Shown here in pieces: positions 1 to 10,014 of a stretch of 64,000 bases of DNA. Below the pieces are notes generated by a model. That model did no database searches. It was not told where the DNA came from and saw only the letters and a program-made list of their open reading frames with translations. Position numbers and translations under genes: made by a program. The number at the start of each line of letters is the position of its first letter. The stretch's first letter is position 1. The stretch is from an uncultured Bacilli bacterium (GTDB taxonomy: Bacteria; Bacillota_I; Bacilli_A; RF39; UBA660): assembly GCA_944372425.1 (NCBI GenBank), contig CALVZC010000003.1:6570-70569 (forward strand), in the 5' to 3' direction.

Positions 1-598
1 CAGGTGCTTCAGTATCACATTCTCCCCAAATTAAAAGAGTAGGACATTTAATTTTCTTTGCACAATTACTTAAATCTTCATTTACCGTATTAACTAAAAT
101 TTGTCTCATCACTGGACTTGCATTTCGATAATCTCTGGAACCAATATGCTTTTTTGCAAATTCCTCAAACTTATTTAAAATCGGAATCTTTTTTAATTGT
201 TTTAATGTTCTTGTTTTCAAACTAAGCTTTTCTACTTTTCTAATACATGGTGCTCCTAAAAGAATAAGTTTTTCTGTATCATAATTTGCTGCATAGATAA
301 TCCCTATTCTTCCACCAAAAGAATGTCCTATTATTATTGGATTATCAATTTTTAACTTATTAAGAATTTCTTTTAAAATTTCACAGTAATCATAAATTGT
401 AAGTGCTTCTTTAGGTTCTTGAGAACTACCATGTCCAGGTAAATCTAAAATAGTGACTTTAAACTTATTAGCTAATTTTTTACCTAATGGCTCCATCATT
501 TGAATATTTTGTCCCCAACCATGAAGTAATATAACGTCACTACCCTCACCATATTGTATGTAATTTATATCTAAATCTTTAACTTTAATTATCATCAT
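1..598 (-). CDS. alpha/beta-fold hydrolase; C-terminus runs off the window start
   Basis: Own translation from the ATG at 598 gives MMIIKVKDLDINYIQYGEGSDVILLHGWGQN...IIIGHSFGGRIG, with a GxSxG nucleophile elbow. The frame is open to base 1. It is absent from the ORF track because no stop lies inside the window. Confidence 0.7.
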   Translation of the reverse strand, partial: MMIIKVKDLDINYIQYGEGSDVILLHGWGQNIQMMEPLGKKLANKFKVTILDLPGHGSSQEPKEALTIYDYCEILKEILNKLKIDNPIIIGHSFGGRIGIIYAANYDTEKLILLGAPCIRKVEKLSLKTRTLKQLKKIPILNKFEEFAKKHIGSRDYRNASPVMRQILVNTVNEDLSNCAKKIKCPTLLIWGECDTEAP

Positions 599-681
599 TA
601 CACCCATAATAATTATAACAATTATCAAATTCTTATTCAATTTTTAATATTATTATTTACAAAAAACTTTACAAAATGCAA

Positions 682-1689
682 TTATATTAAAGAGTCTCTA
701 ACAAATATTTCAACATTTTTATCAATATAAACATCGACCAAAGCTTTATCAGTTATTTTTACAAATCCCATACCATTTATAACAATATCTTGATGATAAC
801 CAACTTCTAAATTTCTTTTAATAATGTTTTTCAATGTCTCATTTTTATTGCTATTGAATTTTTTTATTTTTAAATCATTTGACACAAAAAATGTAAAGCT
901 ATTTTTAGAACCCTCTATATAATCAATTCGTATTAATTCATTAATTAAAAGACTTTGTCCTGCTTTAATTTGATAAGTTTTAGGCTTAATTTCTTTTCGT
1001 GGTATTATTTTTTTCATAATCGAAAAATCAACATAATTAATAATATTTCCTCTATCTATTAATCCTGGAGTATCTATTAAATTTAAATCGTCACTTAATT
1101 TAATACTTATTTTATTTAATGTCGTAGATGGTAAAACAGAAACTGTCAAGTCACAATCAAATTCAGAATAATTTTTCATCAATTTTTTTATAAGTGTACT
1201 TTTCCCAACATTAGTATGACCTACAACATAAACATTTTTGCTAGATTTATACTTTTTAATAAATAGAAGTAATTCATCAATATTATAATTTTTCTTCGAA
1301 CTAATTATAATAATATCTTGATAATCAAGATTAAATTTTGAAAAATATTCTTTGATTTTCTCATCATTTACACTTTTTGGTAAAACATCTCTTTTAGTTA
1401 CAACCAATATTAATCGATTACTTATATATTCACGAATCATTTTTATATCTTTTTCAATATTAAATAAATCGACAATGTAAAGTACTAAATCTTTAGTTTC
1501 ATTTATACTTTTTAAAATGTCAATATATTCAGAATTTGACTTTGTTGTAAGTTGATACTCACCATAATTTTTCAATTTAAAGCATCTTGAGCAAAGATTA
1601 TTAGACAAATCAGCTGTATATCCTTCAAACAACATATTAGAATCTTGCAGTTTTACACCACAGCCAATACAATATTTATCTTCATTCAT
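682..1689 (-). CDS. yqeH: ribosome biogenesis GTPase YqeH (circularly permuted GTPase)
   Basis: N-terminal zinc finger CIGCG...CSRCF. The G4-like TKRD motif precedes the P-loop GHTNVGKST, which is the circular permutation. It overlaps the upstream yqeG-type gene as in the Bacillus yqeG-yqeH pair. Confidence 0.85.
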   Translation of the reverse strand: MNEDKYCIGCGVKLQDSNMLFEGYTADLSNNLCSRCFKLKNYGEYQLTTKSNSEYIDILKSINETKDLVLYIVDLFNIEKDIKMIREYISNRLILVVTKRDVLPKSVNDEKIKEYFSKFNLDYQDIIIISSKKNYNIDELLLFIKKYKSSKNVYVVGHTNVGKSTLIKKLMKNYSEFDCDLTVSVLPSTTLNKISIKLSDDLNLIDTPGLIDRGNIINYVDFSIMKKIIPRKEIKPKTYQIKAGQSLLINELIRIDYIEGSKNSFTFFVSNDLKIKKFNSNKNETLKNIIKRNLEVGYHQDIVINGMGFVKITDKALVDVYIDKNVEIFVRDSLI

Positions 1690-2203
1690 AAAATTCTCCT
1701 TTTTGAAATTTACCTAAATTTTCCATTTTTTTTATTATTCTTTTTTCTATGAACCTATTAACTGAAGTTATTTTTAAATCTTTAGATTCTAACGGTTCTA
1801 CTAGTATAGTAAAAATACCTAATCGATTGCCTCCAAATACATCAGTTACAATTTGATCACCAATAATGCACATTTCACAAGGTTTATAACCATATTCTTT
1901 AATTATTTTTTTAAATCCAAAAGAAAGTGGTTTTAAAGCAAAAGAAATATACGAAATTTTTAAAGCATTAGCTACTATATCCAATCTTTTTTTACTGCTA
2001 TTATTCGATATAACATAAATAGAAAAATCTTTCTTTAGCTTTTTTACAAAACTACATATTTTTTTATCAATAGTATTAGAATTAACTGCTAAAAGTGTAT
2101 TATCTAAGTCAAATAAAATACATTTTATACCATTATTTTTAAGTTTTTCATAATTTATATCAAAAATATTTTTTTTATACATTTTTGGTATATACTTTTG
2201 CAT
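1682..2203 (-). CDS. yqeG: YqeG-family HAD-IIIA phosphatase
   Basis: HAD motif I is present (ILFDLDNTLL). Size is ~170 aa. The gene sits immediately upstream of yqeH and overlaps it. Confidence 0.8.
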   Translation of the reverse strand: MQKYIPKMYKKNIFDINYEKLKNNGIKCILFDLDNTLLAVNSNTIDKKICSFVKKLKKDFSIYVISNNSSKKRLDIVANALKISYISFALKPLSFGFKKIIKEYGYKPCEMCIIGDQIVTDVFGGNRLGIFTILVEPLESKDLKITSVNRFIEKRIIKKMENLGKFQKGEFYE

Positions 2204-2229
2204 TAGATTCCTCCTTAAGAAAGATAAAC

Positions 2230-3687
2230 TTAGTTACCTAAGTTTATCTTCTGTAATTTTTTAGTTTTTTCAATATCTTTATTTTTTTCTTCAGTAACAC
2301 TTTCTTTACTATTTTTGTCTTTGTTTCTTTTTATTAATAATTTTATAAATATTACTAATAATACAATAAATATTATAAGTCCTAGCAAAAAGAAAAAGTT
2401 TAGTCTTGTGTCTTTAACAAATGTAATAGTATACGTACTTTCAGTTCCATCAGTAGCATATACTCTTATCTGTACTACTGCGCCCGGTTCAATTACTGAA
2501 GTTTTTTCAAGCAATGGTTCATCTATTTTTACAGCTTCATCTGTTGCATTAATAATAGGTTTAATTACAATAGAATCTTTATATTTTGACTTATATATAA
2601 TTTCATAATCAAATACTTTTGGATCAAAATCTAATTCTTCGTCACAACCAAAAATTTCAATATCTTTTAAGCTTGTATCAATATCGTAATCCACATTATT
2701 CAAAATAACTTTATATGTTTTATCATTACCATCTTCGCTAGTAACAATTATATTTATAACATTTTCTCCAATAATAATTTCATCTGGTTTTTCTATTTTT
2801 ACAGTTGCTTTTTCATCGACAGATAAAGCCTCTACATCAATTGAAGATAATTTATAAGTTTTTATTTTATATTCTAAAGTATCTTTATCAAAATTTAATT
2901 TTATTTTTCCAGAATTTAATATCAAACTTTTTAAGTCATTATTAGTTCCACGATTATCTAATCTATTAACATTTATGACATATGTTTTTTCAGCATTTGA
3001 AGCCGCTCTAACCTTTATTTCGATAACATTTTCTCCATAATCAAGTTGTACACTTCGAGATCCATAATTTTCTACAAAACTAGCTGTTGAGCTATTCAAA
3101 ACGGCATCTATATTAGCGGTAGTAGTTATTGCTTCTACTTGAATAGAATAACTATAAGTATTTGGTGAAAAATTAACTACTGTTTTGCCATTTAATTTTA
3201 AATCTTTCAACGTGTTGTCAGTAGATTTAATTGCAATAGTTTTTGATACTTTAGGTAAATTACTTATTGTATCATCAGCTTGTGTTACTGCTGTTCCTTC
3301 AAGATTAATTAAAGTATCAGCTTTCGTAACATCTGTTTTTACTTTAAATTTAAGAGTAGCTACTACAGTTTCACCTGCTACACCATTATCATGCGTAAAA
3401 GATAATTTTACTGGACTATCAGTAATTGAATTATTACCTTTCCAATTGTTCTGATTTTCTATTCCAATAAATTCTAAAATAGATGTCTCGTAAGTAAGTT
3501 GTGCACTATATTCATCGATTGTTGATGCAACATTTAACTTTATATCTAAACTTATCGTTTCTCCAGGGCTAGATAAATCCAAACCAACTAAAGTCGTACT
3601 ATCTGCTGCTAAAACAACTTTTGGAATTAATATTCCCAATATTAGAAATATAAAATATTTTTTTAAAAATCCCCTTAATTTACTCAT
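2230..3687 (-). CDS. cell-surface protein: signal peptide, cohesin-like domain, three cadherin-like beta-sandwich repeats, C-terminal TM anchor
   Basis: The N-terminus is hydrophobic (FIFLILGILIPKVVLAA). Three repeats start with [ST]..LKDL/SL.L.. and contain P.T..Y...V and KTY.I..N signatures. The C-terminus has the segment FFFLLGLIIFIVLLVIFI followed by a basic tail. ATG 3687 is preferred over the GTG at 3699 because that GTG abuts the AAGGAG Shine-Dalgarno (SD) sequence. Confidence 0.6.
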   Translation of the reverse strand: MSKLRGFLKKYFIFLILGILIPKVVLAADSTTLVGLDLSSPGETISLDIKLNVASTIDEYSAQLTYETSILEFIGIENQNNWKGNNSITDSPVKLSFTHDNGVAGETVVATLKFKVKTDVTKADTLINLEGTAVTQADDTISNLPKVSKTIAIKSTDNTLKDLKLNGKTVVNFSPNTYSYSIQVEAITTTANIDAVLNSSTASFVENYGSRSVQLDYGENVIEIKVRAASNAEKTYVINVNRLDNRGTNNDLKSLILNSGKIKLNFDKDTLEYKIKTYKLSSIDVEALSVDEKATVKIEKPDEIIIGENVINIIVTSEDGNDKTYKVILNNVDYDIDTSLKDIEIFGCDEELDFDPKVFDYEIIYKSKYKDSIVIKPIINATDEAVKIDEPLLEKTSVIEPGAVVQIRVYATDGTESTYTITFVKDTRLNFFFLLGLIIFIVLLVIFIKLLIKRNKDKNSKESVTEEKNKDIEKTKKLQKINLGN

Positions 3688-3704
3688 AAAAAACTTCACT
3701 CCTT

Positions 3705-5171
3705 CTAGTTATTTACTGAATGTCTAACCATAGATGTAGACATATCAATAGCTAAAAATTGATAACCATTTGCTTTACCATAATCAATTATATCACTAAT
3801 TGCATTAAGTGTCTTGTAATTATTTTCAAAATCATGCATTAATACAACGTTTGCTCTATTTTTACTTAAGTTTTTAACTACATTGTTGTATACTTCTTCA
3901 CTTGTTTTAGCACCTCCAGCATCATTACTTGATACATTCCAATCAAAATAATGATATCCTCTATTTAAAACTTCTTTAGTTAAAATTGACATAATCCCTC
4001 TAGAATAATTTCTACTAACTGTATTGCTTCCACCACCAGGAAATCTTATTATATTACTTTTCATACCAGTGATTTTTTCTACTTTATCTGAAATTTGATT
4101 TAAATCATTAAAATAAGAATCAACAGAACTATACACATTTGCATAATTATGAGAATAACTATGCAATGCTACTGTATGTCCTTCATCATACTCTCTTTTA
4201 ATTAAATAATCTAAATTACTTGAATGATTGATAACAAAAAAAGTAGCTTTTACATTTTTTTCCTTCAATATATCTAAAAGTTTTGAAGTTATTGTTGAAC
4301 TTGGTCCATCATCAAATGTAAGATAAATAGCTCCTTTTATAGGACTTGAAGTTTGAATTTCTTTAGATACTATAACTGTTCTAGTTACTTTAGTGCTATT
4401 ACCTTTCGAATCTGATACACTATAGTCAATATAATATTTACCTACAACATTAGAATCTACTTTCCCTGAAACTTTTACTTTTTCTGTTAAGTCTCCTTCA
4501 CAATTATCTGAAGCTGTATATCCTGGATCAGAATATTCAGTTTTTTCTGTTATATAATAATTATCCCCACCTTTTAAAGTTATAATGGGTGCTTCATTAT
4601 CCACTCTATTAATTTTTCTGGTAACAGTTGCTTTGTTACCACTACTATCAGAAACTGTATAAGTAACAACATCATCTTTTATATCTACTTTTACTTTATC
4701 AGTCAAATCACCATCATAATTATCAAAAGCATTATAGCCACTTTCTTCGAATTCATACGTTGGACAAACGTTAATATTTTTTTCTCCAGAAAGTGTAATT
4801 ACTGGTTTAACTGTATCGACAATTTCAACCTTTCTAGTTTTAGTAGTAGTAATTTTATTTTTTCTAACTTTGTATTTTATATCATAAATTCCAACCTTTG
4901 TAGTATCAACTTTTCCATTAATCCATACTTTATCGGTTATATCTTTTCCTAAATAACTAGCAGAATATCCTGGTTCATTAAAACTATCTCCATATTCAAT
5001 TTTTAGATATGTCTTACCATTCAAAGTTATCTTAGGCACAAAAAATATATAAAATAAAGAAAAGATAAAAATAAAAGAAATAAATGAAATACCTATAATT
5101 GAAATATTTTTATATTTTAATTTTTTTTCCTTTTTAACTTTTTTTTCTATATAATCATCATTACTATTCAT
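3705..5171 (-). CDS. membrane-anchored polysaccharide (peptidoglycan-type) deacetylase with three Ig-like (DUF5011-type) repeats
   Basis: C-terminal NodB-type motifs are present (LTFDDGP, HSYSH, RFPGG). Three repeats have the pattern Y.EPGY.A.D..DGDLT.KV. There is an N-terminal TM. ATG 5171 follows an AGGTG SD; the track start at 5180 is the GTG inside that SD. Confidence 0.8.
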   Translation of the reverse strand: MNSNDDYIEKKVKKEKKLKYKNISIIGISFISFIFIFSLFYIFFVPKITLNGKTYLKIEYGDSFNEPGYSASYLGKDITDKVWINGKVDTTKVGIYDIKYKVRKNKITTTKTRKVEIVDTVKPVITLSGEKNINVCPTYEFEESGYNAFDNYDGDLTDKVKVDIKDDVVTYTVSDSSGNKATVTRKINRVDNEAPIITLKGGDNYYITEKTEYSDPGYTASDNCEGDLTEKVKVSGKVDSNVVGKYYIDYSVSDSKGNSTKVTRTVIVSKEIQTSSPIKGAIYLTFDDGPSSTITSKLLDILKEKNVKATFFVINHSSNLDYLIKREYDEGHTVALHSYSHNYANVYSSVDSYFNDLNQISDKVEKITGMKSNIIRFPGGGSNTVSRNYSRGIMSILTKEVLNRGYHYFDWNVSSNDAGGAKTSEEVYNNVVKNLSKNRANVVLMHDFENNYKTLNAISDIIDYGKANGYQFLAIDMSTSMVRHSVNN

Positions 5172-5234
5172 AATGAGCACCTCATATATTTATAATAATT
5201 ATAACTTTAATAAGAGAAAAAGTCTATATATTAT

Positions 5235-5927
5235 TTAAGTTTTATTATTCTTCATAAATTCTCTTAAAATTTTCATCAATGCTCTTTTTTCAATACGTGA
5301 GACATAACTTCTAGATATTTTAAGTTCTTTAGCTATTTCTTTTTGAGTCATTTCTTTAGTGTTATTTAATCCATATCTTTTTACTAAAATAGATATTTCT
5401 CTTGGAGTTAATACATTTAAATACTCCATTAATAGTTTTACATTATCTTTTTCATTAATTTTTTCTACGAAATCTGGACTTGGCATTTTTAAAATATCCA
5501 AAATAGTTATCTCATTTCCTTCTTTGTCATAACCGATTGATTCATTAATTGAAATATTTTTATTTGTTTTGTTGTTGCTACGGAAATACATTAAAATTTC
5601 ATTTTCTATACACCTTGCACAATAAGTAGTTATCTTTGTTCCATGACTTTTAGAAAATGAGTCTACACCTTTTATTAATCCAATAGTTCCAATACTTATA
5701 AGATCATCTTGATCAACATTTTTATAATCAAACTTTTTAACAATATGCGCTACTAATCTCAAATTATGTTCAATTAATTTATTACGTGCTATTTTATCAC
5801 CCATATTGGCTTTTCTTATGCATTCTTCTTCTTCTTCACTACTAAGTGGATCTAAAAATACATTGTTTGAATAACTAGTAGTAAATATAAATATTTTTTT
5901 AAGTTTCTCTAACAAATTAAAAAACAT
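5235..5927 (-). CDS. sigK: sporulation sigma factor SigK, with pro-sequence
   Basis: LIEHNLRLVAHIVKKF, DLISIGTIGLIKG and ARCIENEILMY match the SigK/SigE family. The N-terminus MFFNLLEKLKKIFIFTTS/YSNNVFLDPLSSEEE resembles the B. subtilis pro-sigma-K leader and cleavage region. ATG 5927 is preceded by GGGAGGA. The gene is uninterrupted. Confidence 0.8.
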   Translation of the reverse strand: MFFNLLEKLKKIFIFTTSYSNNVFLDPLSSEEEEECIRKANMGDKIARNKLIEHNLRLVAHIVKKFDYKNVDQDDLISIGTIGLIKGVDSFSKSHGTKITTYCARCIENEILMYFRSNNKTNKNISINESIGYDKEGNEITILDILKMPSPDFVEKINEKDNVKLLMEYLNVLTPREISILVKRYGLNNTKEMTQKEIAKELKISRSYVSRIEKRALMKILREFMKNNKT

Positions 5928-5970
5928 ATAATCCTCCCAATAAATTATATGTTTTTTATCTATTAACAAA

Positions 5971-7371
5971 TTATTTTTTAAAATAATTATCTAAAACTAA
6001 TAAATCGCTATATAAAATTTTTTTATCAAAAATTGCCATATAATTATCTCTACCTTTTCCTAAAATAGCAACAATATCATCTTTTTGTGCCATTTCTAAT
6101 GCCATATGGATAGCTTTTTTACGATCAATTTCAATCAAATAATTTCTTTTTGACTTATCTACCATTTCATTTACTATATCTAAAACCTTTTCATATCTTG
6201 GGTCATCCATAGTATATATAACAATATCAGACAAATTCTGAGCAACTTTACCCATACTAGGTCTTTTTTCTTTTTCTCTTCCACCAGCTGATCCAATAAC
6301 AGTAATTATTTTTCTTTTCTTTATACTATTTAAATAAGTTAATACTGATTTAATACCATTTACAGTATGTGCATAATCTAAAAATATTTTATATTCGGTA
6401 TTATAATTTAAAAATTCACAACGCCCATAAGGTGTTTTAATATTTAAAATTCTCTTTCTTATTTCCGAAATATTATAATTTAAAGATAATAAAGTAAGAA
6501 TAGCCGCACTTAAATTATAAACATTGAATTCACCTACCAAAGGGCTTTCAATTATAAAAATATTTTTTTTAAGCATATACTTAATTCTTGTTTTATTTGG
6601 AAATAATTCATAATCAATTATTCTAAGAGTACTATATTTATTTTTTCCATACGTTACCACGCTACAATTACAACTTTTTCTAAATTGCTTATAAAATTTA
6701 TCATCCATATTTAAGATTGCCAATCCATCTTTATCTATATTATGAAAAACTTTCTTCTTGCATTTTAAATAATTTTTTAATGTTTTATGGACATTTAGAT
6801 GATCTTCAGTAAAATTTGTTAAGATACCTATTTTAAACTTAAATCCTTCTAATCTTTTATGTAGCATTCCCTCACTAGAAGCTTCAATAGTTGCATATTT
6901 TAACTTTTCTTTGGCAAATTTATCTAAGTATTTATAATTATACTCAATTGTGGGAGTTGTATTTTCACTATTTGCATTAAAATATTTACCTTTAACACCA
7001 TTTGTTCCAATATAACCACAATAATCATACCCTATCATGTCTCTTATAATAGATGCTGTTGTTGTTTTCCCATCAGTTCCTGTAATTGCTATTATTCCTA
7101 TATTTTTGGCATCACTATAAACATTAGATAAAATATTAATTAATTCTTTATTAATATTTTTAACTTTAACGTATGGTATAGGATATTTCTTACCTTTAGA
7201 AACAATCAAAAAAGATGCCCCTCTTTTAATTGCTTCATCGATATATTGATGTCGATCAACATTTACACCTTTAACACAAACAAAAGCATCGTTTAAAAAT
7301 ACTTCTTTGGAATTGGTTTTAACATCATTAACTAAAACATTAATACAATATAAATCAAATAAGCTTTTCAT
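5971..7371 (-). CDS. murE: UDP-N-acetylmuramoyl-L-alanyl-D-glutamate--diamino acid ligase MurE
   Basis: Mur ligase P-loop AITGTDGKTTT is present. The DNYM and RPSMG-type C-terminal region and the length (466 aa) fit MurE. Confidence 0.85.
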   Translation of the reverse strand: MKSLFDLYCINVLVNDVKTNSKEVFLNDAFVCVKGVNVDRHQYIDEAIKRGASFLIVSKGKKYPIPYVKVKNINKELINILSNVYSDAKNIGIIAITGTDGKTTTASIIRDMIGYDYCGYIGTNGVKGKYFNANSENTTPTIEYNYKYLDKFAKEKLKYATIEASSEGMLHKRLEGFKFKIGILTNFTEDHLNVHKTLKNYLKCKKKVFHNIDKDGLAILNMDDKFYKQFRKSCNCSVVTYGKNKYSTLRIIDYELFPNKTRIKYMLKKNIFIIESPLVGEFNVYNLSAAILTLLSLNYNISEIRKRILNIKTPYGRCEFLNYNTEYKIFLDYAHTVNGIKSVLTYLNSIKKRKIITVIGSAGGREKEKRPSMGKVAQNLSDIVIYTMDDPRYEKVLDIVNEMVDKSKRNYLIEIDRKKAIHMALEMAQKDDIVAILGKGRDNYMAIFDKKILYSDLLVLDNYFKK

Positions 7372-7426
7372 AAATTCACCTAATATAATATATGAAATCT
7401 AAAAATTAAAGAAACAAAGAACTTAA

Positions 7427-8080
7427 TTATTTATAGATAATCATATTAAAATATTCTTTTAAAAATTCTTTTTCTGTAACTATTTGATTATTTTTTCTAA
7501 AAAAATGAGTTTTATCTCTATACATTGAATCAATTTTTTTAATAAATTTAATTTTTTTAAATCTATAATTATTTAGATATCTTTCTAATAAAAATTTATT
7601 AAAATAAAATTTTTTTTTGGAGTATTCATCTAAAATTTTAAAAAAAAGTAAGAAAATAACTATTATAAAGAAAAAAGAATGCAAGTGTAATAAAGAAAAA
7701 AAAACTAAAACGATATAGCTAAAAAAAGAAATAAAGAAAGTTATTTTATAGCTTAACTTATATGAAAGACAAAAAGAAAAAAGTAAATTTAAAATTTTTC
7801 CTCCATCTAGCGGATATATTGGAAGTAAATTAAATGTTAGTAAAATCAAATTAAATATTAATATATCTTCTACTCCTAGTATTTTTAAAAAATAATAGTA
7901 AATTATTTGAAAAATAGGTCCCATTAAGACAATAATTAATTCTTCTTTCAATGGTCTATTTATCTTATCATTTATTTTAGTTATACCACCTAATGGATAT
8001 ATATATATTTTATCAATTTTCCAATTATAATATTTAGCTGTTAGTAAGTGACCAAGCTCATGTATAATTATTATAGACAT
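7427..8080 (-). CDS. spoIVFB: SpoIVFB-type site-2 (M50) metalloprotease
   Basis: HELGH zinc motif and NLLPIYPLDGG motif in a polytopic membrane protein, directly downstream of a SpoIVFA-like gene. The frame stays open to 8182, encoding IIKSIFNYFYVHPLTYILIFISLLTANFKRIIIY, a TM1-like segment. The real start is therefore probably upstream and non-ATG (see finding). Confidence 0.75.
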   Translation of the reverse strand: MSIIIIHELGHLLTAKYYNWKIDKIYIYPLGGITKINDKINRPLKEELIIVLMGPIFQIIYYYFLKILGVEDILIFNLILLTFNLLPIYPLDGGKILNLLFSFCLSYKLSYKITFFISFFSYIVLVFFSLLHLHSFFFIIVIFLLFFKILDEYSKKKFYFNKFLLERYLNNYRFKKIKFIKKIDSMYRDKTHFFRKNNQIVTEKEFLKEYFNMIIYK

Positions 8081-8162
8081 ATAAATAATTATTCTTTTAA
8101 AATTAGCTGTTAATAGTGATATAAATATTAAAATATAAGTAAGTGGATGAACATAAAAATAA

Positions 8163-8765
8163 TTAAATATACTCTTTATAATCTAAAAACTTCCCATCTT
8201 TTTGAAATAATAAGTATATAGTATCACCATTTGCTTCTCCAATGTAACTTCCTTTTTCTAAATAATCATACATTGCTATATCACCAAAATTAATATTAGA
8301 ATACCAAACATCTATTCCATTTTCTTGTTGAACTATTAAAGTATTTCCGTAATCCTCTTTTTCACCTAAAAAAATAACAACACCACTGTTAAGTAAAGGA
8401 ACCAAATATTGATTTGTAACTTTTAATGCTACACCATCTTTATATAAATTTGCACTATCATATACAAAGCTTTCATTAAAAACTTTAACATCATTTGGAA
8501 ATAAATTATTAAGTGGGAATACTTCTCCAAAATTTTCATTATACCAACCTTTAAATTCTGCAAAAGAAAAAGTTTCATTATAAACTATATTATAAAATTT
8601 AGGCTTAAATTCTAAAGATACTTTATTTCCAATTAAAAATAAAATAAATAAAATTAATGAAATAAGAAATTTACTAATTAGTCTTTTACTAAAAGAATTA
8701 AATTTATTATCACTTTTTAAAGTATTCTTATTTAAATATTTATTTAGACTTTTATATTCATCCAT
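8163..8765 (-). CDS. spoIVFA: SpoIVFA-like membrane protein with a degenerate LytM/M23 domain
   Basis: N-terminal TM (LISKFLISLILFILFLIGN). The C-terminus (GVVIFLGEKEDYGNTLIVQQENGIDVWYSNI...GSYIGEA) looks like an M23 fold without the catalytic His residues. It lies between mreD and spoIVFB as in Bacillus. Confidence 0.6.
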   Translation of the reverse strand: MDEYKSLNKYLNKNTLKSDNKFNSFSKRLISKFLISLILFILFLIGNKVSLEFKPKFYNIVYNETFSFAEFKGWYNENFGEVFPLNNLFPNDVKVFNESFVYDSANLYKDGVALKVTNQYLVPLLNSGVVIFLGEKEDYGNTLIVQQENGIDVWYSNINFGDIAMYDYLEKGSYIGEANGDTIYLLFQKDGKFLDYKEYI

Positions 8766-8791
8766 AAAATCATCTCACTTAATAATTATTA

Positions 8792-9262
8792 CTATTTTTT
8801 AAAAAGTAGAACAGAATTCAAAAAATAAAGAACAAGCCCATATAAAATATTTAAAAAGGTACTATTATAAAATTTATATATAAAATTAAAAATATTAAAA
8901 CTTATTAATCCTGGTAATGACAAAAAAAGAAAAGATAAAAAATCATATAAAAATATACATGTTATGAGCATAATAAAAAAAGAAAAGAAACTATCTTTAA
9001 AATTATTTTTAAAAAACTTAATTATTAACCAAATAATAGAAATATTAATTAAAGTTAATGCAATATTATTTATTACAATTCCATATAAAATTGACAATAT
9101 TATAATTATTTTTTTATTTTTTAAATTAAAAAAATAGAAATTACAAATTAAATAAGTTAAAGTTAAATAAGGAAATAATAAAGAAAGATTAGAAAATAAA
9201 TATTTTGAAAAATTTAATATTAAAACATCGAATATTAATGATAAAAATCCCAATATAATCAT
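8792..9262 (-). CDS. mreD: rod shape-determining protein MreD
   Basis: Small, very hydrophobic polytopic protein encoded immediately after mreC. Confidence 0.65.
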   Translation of the reverse strand: MIILGFLSLIFDVLILNFSKYLFSNLSLLFPYLTLTYLICNFYFFNLKNKKIIIILSILYGIVINNIALTLINISIIWLIIKFFKNNFKDSFFSFFIMLITCIFLYDFLSFLFLSLPGLISFNIFNFIYKFYNSTFLNILYGLVLYFLNSVLLFKK

Positions 9263-9263
9263 A

Positions 9264-10010
9264 TTAAATTTTCCTTTTTAAAATAGCTACAAATCTTAGA
9301 TTATTAATATTAGCAGATAAAGATACAGTAGCAATATTACTAATACTGTATAAATCTTCATTTACCATGGAAACTTCACCAATAGTTATTCCACTAGGGA
9401 ATTTATTACTTAAGCCATTAGTAACTATTTTATCACCTATTTGTATATTTATATTTTTATTAATTCCTTCTATTATTAAATTTCCATCTTTTACTTTTAA
9501 AATTTTATTTAGCTCATAATCATTACCTTTTACTTTTACCGAAATACTATTATACTTATCATCTAATGTTATTAATTTTACAGTCGAAGTAGCATTTGAA
9601 ACATCACTTATTGCCCCTATTAAACCACTATTATCTACTACAGCTAAACCTTCTTCAACGCCGTCCATACTACCTTTATTTATTACTAATGTATTAAGCC
9701 AATAAAAATTATTTCTTTCTACTACGGTTGCATAAATTATGTCATATTCGCTCAAAGATTCTTTAATATTTAAAAGAGACTTTAATTCTTCATTTTCTTT
9801 TTCTATTTCATTATTTACATCTTCAATAAAAGAAGCAGTTGGTATTAGCCTAGCTGGATAAAATAAAATATCACGAAAATATTTTTCTATATTGAAAATA
9901 TTATTTATAGCCAAAATGGACATCGTAATTAAAAATAAAAAAAAGAAAAAATAATAATATTTGTTTTTTTTAGGAAAAGAATTTTTAGTATATTTCTTTT
10001 TTCTTTTCAT
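9264..10010 (-). CDS. mreC: rod shape-determining protein MreC
   Basis: TM, then a coiled coil (NNEIEKENEELKSLLN), then a beta-domain ending in VTNGLSNKFPSGITIGEV. ATG 10010 is preceded by AGGTGATAAT. The longer track ORF would overlap radC by 74 nt. Confidence 0.8.
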   Translation of the reverse strand: MKRKKKYTKNSFPKKNKYYYFFFFLFLITMSILAINNIFNIEKYFRDILFYPARLIPTASFIEDVNNEIEKENEELKSLLNIKESLSEYDIIYATVVERNNFYWLNTLVINKGSMDGVEEGLAVVDNSGLIGAISDVSNATSTVKLITLDDKYNSISVKVKGNDYELNKILKVKDGNLIIEGINKNINIQIGDKIVTNGLSNKFPSGITIGEVSMVNEDLYSISNIATVSLSANINNLRFVAILKRKI

Positions 10011-10014
10011 ATTA

